Assembly: GCA_003344405.1 (NCBI GenBank)
Contig: NOWV01000183.1
Location: 62,001-126,000, forward strand
Direction of reading: 5' to 3'
Source: Trichoplax sp. H2
Lineage: Eukaryota
DNA: 64,000 bases
The notes under the pieces: generated by a model
The model's database searches: none
Seen by the model: the letters and a program-made list of their open reading frames with translations, nothing else
What the model was told of the DNA's origin: nothing
Part shown: positions 40,202 through 53,400 of the stretch, in pieces
How positions within the stretch are numbered: position 1 is the stretch's first letter
Layout of the letters: the number at the start of each line of letters is the position of its first letter
Translations under genes and position numbers: made by a program

Positions 40202-40631
40202 TCATTTATTACTGAAGGAATCTTGGCACCCAAGATTATAGTCTTTACAATTAAATATCAATTGAAAAACTAGTTGACTATCTAACCGACTAACGAACTA
40301 AAAAGGAATAATAATTAGGACGAGCTTACGCATCGTAACAGGCAGATAAATTGCATAGCTGCCTAACTGATAAGATAACCGTATAATACTGATATCGTAA
40401 CTGTATTGATACGTTCACCAGTAATTTACTAATACGTGTGTAATTATTGCAATATACTGTGTATGTACTGTATATCACTTGTGGGAAAGGCAACCCAGAA
40501 TAAAGAAGTGGACTCCACGCATCAGGATATTTTGAAGTGTCTAACCGAGTATTACATGATTGACCTAGGGTCGCGATAGAGAACATAACGCATAGAATAA
40601 ATTTGCAGGACTTGAACATCATTTCGGGCAT
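40202..40631 (-). CDS. Candidate small secreted protein (putative exon 40631-40479 and an exon starting at 40297; 3' structure uncertain near the gap)
   Basis: MMFKSCKFILCVMFSIATLG is signal-peptide-like and is followed by QSCNTRLDTSKYPDAWSPLLYSGLPFPQ. The donor is weak (gtgata); the acceptor is strong (ctaattattattcctttttag) and leads into FVSRLDSQLVFQLIFNCKDYNLGCQDSF. No family recognised. Confidence 0.3.
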
Positions 40632-41552
40632 TGACCTATTTGGCCTTTGTCCATCACTTAATTAAATTACTAGTGGAACCCACGCTGGCTATACAGTACT
40701 TCGCGTCCTGTATCTACTTATATTTTTTTACAGGTAGTCGCTGCTTTTTACCATATCATAGACAGGGACTACTAAAGTAGCTTCGCCAAAATAATATTCA
40801 ACATGTACGCTATCATCTGCTTTAATGCTATATTGATCTCCATATGTTTGACTAACAAAAGCGTTGTTCGCTCCGCAAGAATTTTTCAGTCCAGTGTAGC
40901 TACGAGTGACTCATGAATTTCATTCATTTGGGTATGATTTAAAAAATCGAGATTTTACTCTAAACTACTGTACGCTGTACAGTATACTGTATCATTCCAT
41001 TCGAAGTAGCCTGTAAACTATGCAAACTGTCGTGCGGACGAACGTACAGACCAAAGCCGAGCTCTGGCACATATCGTAGTACCGTTGCCTACAAAGTGAA
41101 GTACTGTACTGTACTCGAGCCATTTGGCAGCGTTGCGCTCGGAATTTTGACAGTCTCAAAAGTCACTAAAAAATTGCGTCATACCATCGACGAAGACGTA
41201 CAGTACAGTAAAGACTCAAGGCGTAGTCTTAACGAATGCTCAAATCGCTCCTTACGTCTACGAGTATTTATTAACTATTAAACTGTAACCCAAGTTACCT
41301 AACAAAAGCAAAAGTACAGTATGGCGTTCATCACGTACATCGAATCAACATAAAACATACCGAATTCATGTAATCGTGCTTGCCCAGCCCCTAATCTATT
41401 GTTAACAACTCTAGATTGACGTCAAATATCCCCTGATGCGGAGGTTGACCAACATCTCTCATTATATACCTCTGAGTGATGAAGTGGCGTCGACTTTTTA
41501 TACAATTTCAGTTTGTTAAATCAGAAATTAGTTCTGTCACTATGAGAACTGC

Positions 41553-41760
41553 ATTGGACCGATATTGCCTATAAAATCAGTAAGAGAGATGAAATTGGAC
41601 TGATATTGCCTATTAAATCAATAAGAGAGATGAGATAGGATTGACATCGCCTATAAAATCAATAAGAGAGATGAAATTGGATTGATATTGCCTATAAAAT
41701 CAATAAGAGAGATGAAATTGGATTGATATTGCCTATAAAATCAATAAGAGATGAAATTGG
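41553..41760. repeat. Minisatellite, 5 x 41 bp (attggattgatattgcctataaaatcaataagagagatgaa)
   Basis: Units start at 41553, 41594, 41635, 41676 and 41717; no spacers. Confidence 0.95.
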
Positions 41761-42562
41761 CATTAAAAGTAGAAAAAATTTTTGGCATAGCTATGCAAAT
41801 GATCTGTGCGCTATTTTAAGGCGAGTACGTGAGCATCCTCTTGTGAAATTATGCATCATCCTTAAAATCAGAATTCCATAGTTTGCCATGTGCCAAATCG
41901 AAAAAAAATAACTCTTGAGAGCGATGTACTATACCACTCATTTTTGACATTCACTATAATATACTGTTGTGAACTATGAAGCCCTGAAGGGTACATTGAG
42001 AGCAATGGATTGGACTGTGCTTTATTGATCAAGCAATATTTTCAACATGTTATTTTCATTCATTCTTGATTTCATTAACTCACTATCAATTGCTTCTATA
42101 TTTAATTAATTATAATTACTAAGATACATCGCAACAGATTTCTACATCTCTAATAGCACCTTATAAAGAGTACAGTATGGGAATGCACTATCTTTCCATG
42201 TCATTGCGTTGGATTAATTATGAATACAATGATAGTAATTCTTAGCACCATATTTATTTTATTGGATGAAACAATGCACTGGGATAAATATGGAATGGCT
42301 AGCCGTAAACATCAACAATAACGTATCTTTCGCTTTTAGCACTTCATGTTTACGGTGTACGTGACTCTTATCACGTTCAAACATAACTTGATTTGATTGA
42401 TCATCAGGTATATAAATATCCACCAACGAATGCTATTTCGCTTTCCATTACAAAATTCAACGTGTATACCGGCCTAGGAAATTGAATATTGGCAATTTCG
42501 CTTGATATTAGTATTTCGATCAAGAATTGATATACAATTCCTTCAATACTCTACAATAAGAA

Positions 42563-44956
42563 ATGGCAACGGGAGCTGTTCGTGTTATTCACCATTTAAA
42601 AAAGCATTATCAGGTAAGCTCCATGTCTGACATGACGATCATTTAGAATATAGTAGACGAGTGACTAAAACGTTGCATTACAATTCGAGTTTTGACTGCT
42701 ATTATTCCCTAATTGAATCAGTCCTATTACTACTGCTTACACTCCATTGAGATAGTGGATTAGTTGCATTTCACGGACCCGTTCAGGATAATGTATACTG
42801 TTTAGGATATGTATATATAAATGTATACGTGTATACTCGGTATACTTTTGCATGATAGAATTTTCATGGCTAATGAATACCTTCAATTTTATGATAGCTG
42901 TCATACTTTCCGATTCAAGGTTTAGATTTTGTATAGAATAATGAAGTAGTCAAACCGAAAACATTGTGAAAATTTATAGCTTATTTCAACATACAAACAA
43001 TACTATACAGTACTCGAATATACCGCAACTATGCGCGTATCCTATTTTGCTAATATGCTTCAACTACTGTAGACTGACGAACGCAAGAATTATGTACAGT
43101 ACTGTAGATCAAATAAGTGCTTATCGCCAGTTATTGGAAAATCCACTTGAACAGTCTGAAGAAAGCAATTATTATATCCTCGAAAAGAGTATTTGAAATG
43201 ATTTATAGTTCATTTGTAAGTAAATTTTTCTCGTATATTAACTTGGCTAAAGAGCAATTTTAAAGTCAAAATTATGTTACTACCGTTTTCTAAATAAAAC
43301 GCGCAAAATAACGCAACCATAATGATCTAGCCGTACTTTATCGATCCGAAAAGGCGAATTGATAGTTAGCGTAACACTTCTAACGTACGAATCCGATGAT
43401 AAAAATGTTAAAACTCACACGACATTTTAAATTAAAATTTACCCATGCTATTCTATTACAATTATTGATGTAATTTAATAAAATTCTAATATAAGATTAA
43501 ATGAGTATATAGTACTGTATGAGCGGCAGGGCTGGATGCCCTTCTAATTACTGTAAAGTTGATAGCATAACGTTGAATGTCTCCGACAAAGGACATTATA
43601 CTGTACAGCTGCTGTATAGTCCTATCTTTGCTTCTCAATATCCTTTATCTGTTAATAACATAATACTATCGGAAAAAAGAGACTACCATATTTTAATAAG
43701 AAATACAGTACTGTACAATGTACATGCGCTGATTGATTGCAGTACTCATGATTTGTTACTATAATCTCTACGTCTGGAGAAAGAAATTTTCGTAGAACAT
43801 GGGTAATATTTTAATTGAAAGTAAATGATACATACGAGAATAGCTTTAATAATAGCAGTTAGCTCATGATAAAGGATGATAATGTATTCACAATTTAAAG
43901 ATAGCATCGAAGGGCAATTACTGTACGTGATCACAATCAGGCATTACCCCACGCCTTGCATAGAATTTGCATATAAAATGAATCATTATTTGCTATTGCA
44001 GTATCTTTGCTACTGTAGAAAATTCCCGACTGTCACAGTGGACTCAGCTACATAAAATTTCTTCCAATATCTTGCTTATTAGCAATTTAGATACATAATT
44101 TCTAAATGGGAAGGCTTAAGAATGGAAAACAAAATTGCAAGAATTAATGTATTTTATTGTCCTTGTTACAAACCCGCTATTAAAGAAATTCTCGAAAACA
44201 ATAAGAGATTTTGAGTAGTCACTATTAATTATACGATACCATGAATATCATAGTATATGCCACACGTGCCGACTGGTTTTAGGTTAGGGTTTGGTGCTGA
44301 ATCTCAAATTAATATCATTTCATACTGCCCCCTATAATAAACCTTTGGGGATGGATCAAATCGACGTATAGTATTTGTTGGATCAGGCCTAAAATAAAGA
44401 TGGCTACTAAATAAAACCAGTAGATTGAGAATGATTAACGTGTAGCGGCTGAAATTGAACTTTTGCTAATTTCGTTTTATTATTTACTTACATTTCTGTA
44501 TGCATTTGTTCGTAACGCCAGGTACTTCCACTTGTTGGCTGTGTAAATTTTGCTCTTGGTATTGCATGCTATTCCATGTATTGGGGCTTCAAAAAGCCAG
44601 ACGTTGGGTATGTCGGATTGCATTATTGTAACTCAAACTAGCCCAATTACATATAATCAATAAAATATGTTGGAATGTACCAGTTATTCATATTCTGTCT
44701 ATAATTTATAATATTTTTTCATTACTATAGTGTCCGACGTTGGAAATATGACGTACCATGGGATGCAGTTGGCGACCATGAACAATCTAAGGTACTATTA
44801 GCTACGACATCACTGATTTTTACTTTCTATGATTGGAGATAAATATCTGCCACTACTAATATTGACGCTATTCAACGACAGATCTTTAGCCCCAATGTTG
44901 ATTACAACAGCCTTCCACGCCGTGTAAAAATCGAGGACGTTATCAATTTACCTTAA
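42563..44956 (+). CDS. NDUFA4: NDUFA4/COXFA4/C15orf48 (MLRQ/B12D) family cytochrome c oxidase-associated microprotein, 90 aa, 4 exons: 42563-42613, 44522-44607, 44731-44791, 44882-44956
   Basis: MATGAVRVIHHLKKHYQ|VLPLVGCVNFALGIACYSMYWGFKKPDVG|VRRWKYDVPWDAVGDHEQSK|IFSPNVDYNSLPRRVKIEDVINLP*. It has KKH..LPL, a single TM segment, PDV, PW, Q.K and NVDY motifs of the family. Junctions are canonical and in phase. The exact paralog assignment is uncertain. Confidence 0.8.
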
Positions 44957-47165
44957 GCTGCTACTACTTTGTAAATACGAGATTCTGAAATATGTCTGAC
45001 AGACAAGCAATGACACTGTTGTGTTTAAATTATCTATCACCCTCACTTTTAATATTTAATGTTATTTGAAAGTGTAAGTCTATAATAATTGAATTAAGAT
45101 TATATCTGCTTGTCTAACGATATGTTTCCGTAAGTTGTTTAGTTTTAATGGCTTAATCATACGTTTCTCAGATTCCATAACAATTTATTGTCAATAGTAA
45201 ATCAGAGTTTTTGTGACTATGGTATGTGTGTTAAATATTGAAAATATTTGCAATTTTCTACGTAACTCTGTTAATAAAGTAACAAAATCTTGACCATTTA
45301 ACTTGGACAAAGATTGCGTTGTACATTTGAAGATAGTACGTCTTGCTTTACGATTTTCAAAAATAATGGATTTCTTTATATTCTAGTTCATCATTAGATC
45401 TATTTGTGTGAATCGTAATTCAGGATATAGTGTAATATGTTAGGAATCACGGAGGAAATTATTAATCGACTATTAGCTGTAGCGCGGCCTGTGAGGACAC
45501 TATGTAACTCAGTTTTGATTAATATAAACATCTCACTGGTCAGAATTGCAAAATAATGTAAGTCGATGCGCATCCTATTGTTTATAAAGAGCAGCTAAGA
45601 GATGTGTTTAATGCCTATAGCAAATATATTAGTAACGGATTCAGAATGGATAGATTGTTATATATCACGAATAAAAACTAATTGTAAAGATTTCGGTTGA
45701 ATTTCTTGCTTGCGAAAAAGTGAATGCAGACTTGAATATACTGTATATTACGTAATGTAGACTGTATGCAATCTCCTAATATTGTCATAAGTAATTGCCT
45801 CTCTTCACTCAATGCTCATTAAAAACACTTTCAGTAGCTGGCGTGTCAGAAATGATGATCACTACCGTTCAGAATTAGATTGCAACAGGGCTAGCGACAG
45901 TCTGGGTCTACAATACTGTATATCCACGGAAATAAATAATTTAAAGCAGCGATTTTGACGCTTATATCAAATTTTACAGAAAGTGTAACTACTGTATACA
46001 TTCAAGTGTTATCGAATACTACACCTTACCATATTATATCAATTAACCCAGCACGCTATGCCTTACAAATTATAACATTACCTTGCATTTTTACTCAACA
46101 CAGTCAGTGGAAATTGATCAATGGAAGGTATAAAAGCAAACTAAAATTACTTGGTGGATATCGTGGGATTAAGCTTTATACAGCAAATCTTAAAGTGGGT
46201 CATAGTATTTTTACTCCTAAATGATATTCATTTTCGGATCAGACATTGAGAAACAGGTGTAGTGATATATCGAACTGAATCAATTAAGATAATAGTCTAT
46301 TGAATAATTTAATTAAGTGCTTCGAGTCTTAAATCCGTGCCTACTTGCAATTTTATATGAAATCTAACTTAAAATATTCGGAAGCAAAAAATTTTAGCAC
46401 GACTCTAGATTCTATTTAAAAAGATCTGCTTTTATTATATCATTCCAAAGGAGAATAATAACCGTAAATAAAGATCAAACTCGTTCATTGCTATTATAGT
46501 ACAGTACAAAACGAACCATTTGTTCGTTAATAAAAACCAGCAATATACGATTATATGCTACATAATTTCAGAATGTGGCTATCTGTCGATATGCTGACTA
46601 TTTATTTCAGCATTTAAATTATAATACAATAATAGCAAATATGCCTATTTTCTGCATCTTTAGTAAAGCGATTGTATTAAAGATACGAGTATGCCGCTAC
46701 ATAAAATGACAACTTGTAATTGCAGTACTTTATAAAAGTAATACTTGAATTCTTGAGAAATAGTTGAATGAATTATAAATTTTAGTTGATTACGCTAATA
46801 ATCATAATAAACGATATGGTAGCAATTAAAACGATATGTATAAAATTTGATTAACGTATTTTATGTCAATATTTCAAAAACGCTATATTTTCAATATATT
46901 ATTTACATACAGAATAGATAATCATGTGTGCCTTGAACACGCATTAATTTAATACGACGGAATAAGTACTTCAAATGATCAGCTATTGATGCTGTATATC
47001 TGTAAATATAGTCTATCTATTTCGTCTTAACATACAGTCAAAGAAAGACAGTCAACTCTCATTCGTCAAGCAATGTAGATTACGACTAATAATTTTAATA
47101 TATGGCTCTGATAGTCATAAATAGTTTAGAGGAATCAAAGAAAGCTAATATTATTGCTATCGCAA

Positions 47166-49037
47166 TTATCTCGCATTCATCAATGATTTTGTTTTATTTT
47201 TTAGCTGACGATAGCGCAATGATTCATGATTTCCATTAGTATTTTTAGGTTGAGCCAAGCGACTAAATATAGATCTCGGGCCATTACGTTTTTTAAGTTC
47301 TTCTTTTACTCTAGCCTTTTCTTCTTCTTGATTCTTACGGATTCTTTCCATTTCTTCATCACTATCGGGATGAACAACGACAATACAAGTTGCTTTTGAA
47401 ACAACTTTATTTTTGCGTCTTCGCTCTCGAGCTATATTTTCGATCAACCTTTCACGTTGATAAGCTAATGCTTCTTTTTGTTTAGCTAATCTCTTGGTAT
47501 GTTTAGTTACGAAAGCTCTACCACTTGAAATTGAATCAGTAGTTTCCGCAGCAGTTGCATCAATTTGTTCTAACGCTTTATCAAGCATCAATAAATTTAA
47601 TGATGAAATCTGGTCAGTACTTTCTTGACGATTTCGTTGAGGGTTAGGTCCAAACATGTAAGGTTTCATTGAAAATTGCTTCTTTTCCATCCAGTCGTGA
47701 AATGCCAGGCTACCATAAAATTTTCGTTCCTTCTCTTCATCTTGTTCAGCTTTCATTTGACCTTGCCTTTCTAATGATATAATTTTATTAGTAAATTGAT
47801 TTTCTTTTATAGTTTCTTTTTTATCAATTTTCCATTGCGCTTGATTCAGAATGCGCATGCATTCACGATGACTCCATAAGCGTGCTAAAAATGCTGGCGT
47901 ATGTCCTCGCTCATCAGGTTGTGTAACTATGGCATTCACTGCAATCAGTTCTTTTAAACAATCAACACTGCCACAAATTGCTGCCATATGTGCTGGAGTT
48001 AAGCCGTCGCGATTAGTTCTAAAGACAGTAGCCAATAGAGATCAGACTTAATTCATGTGCACACGTACAGTACTATGATATCAACAGAATAGATGGAGAC
48101 ATTGAGAAATGCGAAGGCAAAGATGTTGCTTAAATAAAAAGCTATCACCATATTGAGACTAAATTAATCGTTATAGTATACATTTACGTTCAACTAGCAC
48201 GATTGAAATTAAAAATAATCAAAATTGTTTAGTTGTTATACCGCATATACATCAAATGTACGTATAATAGATAAGAAAACAAGAAACGATATAACTTACT
48301 TAGAAGGATCAGCGCCTGCACGTAAAAGGTATTGAACACATTCCAAACTACGATTTGAGTTATCATTATTAATCGCAAGATGCAATGGTGTCCATCCAGC
48401 AACATTAGAGGTATTTGGATCTATCTTTTGCTTTTCAACAAGAAGCATGAGACAATCAAGACGACCATGCAACGCTGCTAAATGAATTGCGGACAATCCC
48501 TAATAGCGATTTAACAGGAAATTAGCTATAAAATTTAAGCAATAACCTCAGGAATAGTGTAAAAAGTAACAGTAACCGCAACCTATATGATATTACTTTG
48601 TCGGTCGTTGAAGACTACGGTGGAATTTATCAGATCGGATTAATTATCAATTATTACACAGCGTTATTTATAACATGCAGTACGCCATTTCCCGAAACCG
48701 AAGTTACAATCATTTTTATCCACATACTATACTCTACATCTATAGCGGATGCAGTTAGTGATACAATTAGATTTCATTGTAAGCTAAGAAAATACAGGTT
48801 ACATAGATTATTAGCATTGATAAGTCAATAAGTTTATAGTTCACGGTAGTTTAGTTATTCTATCTTGACATGGAATACCTCTTTATCAGTTTGATGAACT
48901 GGTCTTCGTTGGCGTATACTCTGATGCAACCACGCCATATCACCTACTGTGCAGGCCATTAATGTATCTTGATCCTGTACTGTGTTGGTCTTTTTAATTC
49001 TCATTCGTGGCTTTGCTAAATTCGAATTTTCATCCAT
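47166..49037 (-). CDS. ANKRD53: Ankyrin repeat domain-containing protein 53-like, 3 exons: 49037-48879, 48499-48300, 48018-47166
   Basis: ACTVGDMAWL...TDKE|GLSAIHLAALHGRLDCL...GWTPLHLAI...GLTPAHMAA...GHTPAFLARLWSHRECMRILNQAQWKIDKK. The ankyrin repeats plus the W.H..C.R.L....WK.DKK tail match recalled ANKRD53. Confidence 0.8.
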
Positions 49038-49485
49038 GCCTAGTATTCTTATAATCCGGGAAGTTGTAAATCACTTAATACGATTATAAAAGGATATTTT
49101 TCTAGAATTTGTATGGAGGCAGGTAAAAGGAAATAATGGATAAGATTTTATCTGATATTGCAGATCAGAATAAAATATACTACATTATGGAAAAATATCT
49201 GCCAGTCATAAAAATAAGGCATACGAGGCTTTGAAAGCTTGACTTCAATGTACCGTTGACAAAATGCTGGAATAATGTTGGTGAAACTATTGGATATTGG
49301 CAATGTATAACGTATTGGTAGCTGTATAAAACTGCGGGCTACTGATCTGTAAACAGTACGTTCAGCAGAGACTGAGAGTCTCCGGAAATGAGTAAAATTG
49401 AATATACAAGTTACTAACTTATGTGAGGAACTCTATCGCACCAAATTGCTAACCAATTTCCCAGTCAATATTTTATGCCGGTTTT

Positions 49486-49498
49486 GTTGCTAAGTTAC
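49486..49498. promoter_or_regulatory. Candidate RFX X-box GTTGCTAAGTTAC about 450 bp upstream of the ANKRD53 ATG
   Basis: The reverse complement GTAACTTAGCAAC fits the GTNRC-N-RGYAAC X-box pattern. Confidence 0.35.
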
Positions 49499-50460
49499 GC
49501 ACGCCATACTACAGTATATCTTACACTATTTTATCCCAACTTCTACAGTGTACTGTACAGCCTGAACTGTACGATAACGGTACAGTACTGTACTGTATGT
49601 CTGTAGTGTCTGTCTGTACGGTATCTTCTTATTTACTTACTGTCACACAGGACTGTATAGTGTCTGTCTGTCTTTCCACGCCTGCTTCCAGAGTTACAGT
49701 ACTGGTAACAGTACTGTTAATTGACAGTCCTGACTTATTACTTCTTCGGACAGACGGACATCTTCCACCAAATGATACTGTCAATGTCGAAGAACGATTA
49801 CTTAGTAGGAATCTTCCGTGTCTGTTTTCTAATAAATCACTGCTACTAATTTAAATAACATGGACGATCTTATATAGCTATTTCAAAGCAGAACTTGAGG
49901 AGTACACTAAGTACTGCCATGATACTGCACATTGTACTGTGCAGTCTGTAGCCCCCAATGCACTACTCTAAGTACTGTCATAACGGAGTGTATGGACAAT
50001 ATTTTAAGGCGATGAGGAGAAATTCTGTCCGTCCGAGAGGGATCAGCCCAGGTCTGATACTGTACAAAAGCGTGCAGCAGGACTACTGTAACAGTACTAG
50101 GAGTCCATAGTAAAACCAAGCAAGCAGCGAATTTGGAGGCCAATAGCTGACAGACAGTATAGTGTATCGTTTCAGGTATACGATTCACCTGAGATGACCA
50201 GCGTCGCGGTATAGTACTGTACTACTGGAGTAGAATGGTCGAGCTCGTTTTTATCCCCTAGGCAACCATGCCAGACGAGATGTGCACTGGGCAAAAAGAA
50301 TTGACTCAGCAAATTCGAATGGAATATATTCATTAATTGGATCTTATTATTGATGTTATGGATGGCCTATGGTTAGCATGAATTAATAGCAGATTCTTTC
50401 TAATTTCAATAATTGATTATCCGGCAATACTATAGAAGAGCACTCGCAATCTTGCCCGTC

Positions 50461-53400
50461 ATGAATCGCAATGGAAAGGAATTGGGCTTCAGCCTCAAAG
50501 AAATCTGCCTCAAGGTCATTGCAGATCATATTGATGAATGGTTTTGCTCGTCGATATCGGAGTTAACATTAAAAAATTCAATGTATGTTCTTGGTCCATT
50601 CGAATGCCTCGGTAAGTTATTAAGGAGCCTACGAATTGAATTGCAGCAATCCTATTCTTAAGGGCTGGATTGCAGATGGAGCAACAACACATTTCTGTGT
50701 CGCTATTCTACACGCCTTCGCTTCGAAGCACTACATGCAGGCATGCAGTAATCCTATTCTTAAGGGCTGGATTGTAGATTGAGCAAGAACACATTTCTGT
50801 GTCGCTATTCTACCATCTTCGCTTTGAAGCACTACATACAGTAGTCCTATTCTTAAGGGCTGGATTGTAGATTGAGCAAGAATACATTTCTGTGTCGCTA
50901 TTCTGCACATCTTCGCTTTGAAGCACTACATACAGTAGTCCTATTCTTAAGGGCTGGATTGCAAATTGAGCAAGAACACATTTCTGTGTCGCTATTCTAC
51001 ACGTCTTCGCTTCGAAGCACTACATGCAGTAATCCTATTCTTAAGGGCTGGATTGTAGATTGAGCAACAATACATTTCTGTGTCGCTATTCTACCATCTT
51101 CGCTTTGCGCTTTGAAGCACTACATACAGTAATCCTATTCTTAAGGGCTGGATTGCAATTGAGCAAGAACACATTTCTGTGTCGTTATTCTACACATCTT
51201 CGCTTTGAAGCACTACATACAGTAGTCCTATTCTTAAGGGCTGGATTGCAAATTGAGCAAGAACACATTTCTGTGTCGCTATTCTACACGTCTTCGCTTC
51301 GAAGCACTACATGCAGTAATCATATTCTTAAGGGCTGGATTGCAAATTGAGCAACAACACATTTCTGTGTCGCTATTCTACATGTCTTAGCTTCGAAGCA
51401 GTACATGCTCACAGAGCAGATTAACTAATACCACAATGGTGGATTGATCAACTATGATATGATATAATGCAAGCAAAGGTATTCAGGCTTTCTGATATCA
51501 GTGCAGACTACCAGCATAGGAATATCCGTGCTATCGAACCGTGTAGCTGCACACTCATTGTGTAGAATATAAGCCCATGATCAATTCGAGAGCGATCGAA
51601 CTGTATCAATTTTAAAGGGACACAGCTAACTGGAGATAACCATCAATTCTACACCAGTAACATATCCCATATCTTTGACATACATCATCAGCATCATTGT
51701 AATGTTGCTACCGCCAACAGCAAAGTTTAAGAATTTGAAACTGCAACCGGTGGTTCTAACACAGTTCAACTCCAGTCCGGCTTTGAGCCGAATTGCTGTG
51801 ATAGCTAATTATATGATCGGTTAGTTCTGTACAGTGTACAGTATTAAGTTAATGCTAACAGTTTGTAATAAGCCATCGAGGATCTTGAAAAGCCTGAACT
51901 TACGTCAGTATTATTACGGTATCAGTAAGTATACGCGTACAGTAATTGCGAATCGAACTAGATCATAGTTGTAGATAACATTAATCATTAGTCTCCAAAA
52001 TACCTTGGTCGCAACATACCCAACGAGCTACAGCCACTCTATCCCCCTGGACTGGACATACTTACTTTTTGTATAGTTGATGTGAACTAAAATAATAAAT
52101 TTTAGCGATAAGATCCTTGTAGGCCTTCTAAATTAAATATCAGCGTCAAACAGGTAATATTGTTTGATGACCCGTTATTATACGCGTAGATTGTTATGCT
52201 GCCAGAAAATATCATAATGTTCCATGTTTTGTCCTGTCGATGTGATGGAAACAATTTACCTTTGTCATATCTACTTTATAGATTCCGAATCAACTCAGCA
52301 ATTAATCAACTTATTAAGTATGAAGAAGAAACTTAAAGTAATGCACCTGCACCTACTGTTGCATTCACGATTGGAAGCAATCGATTTTACCGTGCCGTGC
52401 GCTTTCATGAATGATATCTTTATTAAAAAGCTCGAATATCGATGTCCGGTAAGCAATATAACAACTATGAAACTTCATATTAACGATACATGGGTGTCAC
52501 TTTCGTTCGGTCTTGCAGTATGTAGCTACCTTAATTGTCAGAAATGTCTCCATGACAAGGGTCTTACTGACATGCCAACCAAGTAGCTGTTATAATTGTT
52601 GAATATTACGTTAGACAAACTGTGTCACAGACTTCAATAGCTGGAACTTACGCTTGACTGAATTAAGTAACTTCGATGGCCAAATATCTATTAGCTAAGA
52701 GTGAAGTATATCTTCATCAGCAGCCTTGTAATAATTGCAGCTAATTACAGTGATTGTCTGTTTTAAAGAATGATAGTAATATGAAGTTAAGCACCATGTG
52801 ATGTACAATGATTAATTGTGCTTAATGAAACAGTATACTAGTGCCATTGGAATTAAGATCCATTCGTTGCAGGCTTTAAATCGATTAAAATTATCTAATA
52901 AGACCTACCGTAATAATGAAAAAAATGATGAGGTGCTCTAGCTGCAACTAATACCACATTCAATTAATGTAGCTTGTAAGTGAAAACGCCTATCTTTGCT
53001 TCAATCTTAATATATCTACTTAGAAAAGTAGCATAAGAAAAGTATAACACTGAGAGAGCAATTGATGGTACTTAGACCAATCAAACTATCGAAAAATAGA
53101 TTTGGAATCAATTAGAATTAGTAAGCAAGCGGAGTATATCACTCTGATGTAACTACTCGATAAATGTTTAAGTGAACCATCTCAACTTACTACTTTTTAT
53201 ATATTTCACAGAGCGATTAGTGGTATCATGCATTCAGAATTATATTTTTATGCTACTCTAAAGTAATTCTAATTAATTAATCAATTACAACTAATCACAC
53301 AAATTGAAATAGATTATGCCTTACTTTTCCTTTCTAAAGTAACCTAGCAATCTCATTTTAAGTAATCTACAATCAGTACATTTGACGCTCATAGTATTCT

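Larger units (their letters stand above)
39047..41361. repeat. Dispersed ~165-bp duplicate (39047-39215 and 41199-41361)
   Basis: tacagtacagta(a)agactcaaggcgtagtcttaacgaatgc...aacataaaacatacc is near-identical at both positions; the first copy abuts an N-gap. Confidence 0.9.

Noticed and set aside
41553-41760. 41-bp repeat as a CRISPR array
   Set aside because: The units are contiguous with no unique spacers, there are no cas genes, and the context is eukaryotic.
50872-51350. ORFs 50872-51063 and 51060-51350
   Set aside because: They are translations of the intronic 94-bp minisatellite, with frames shifting between units.
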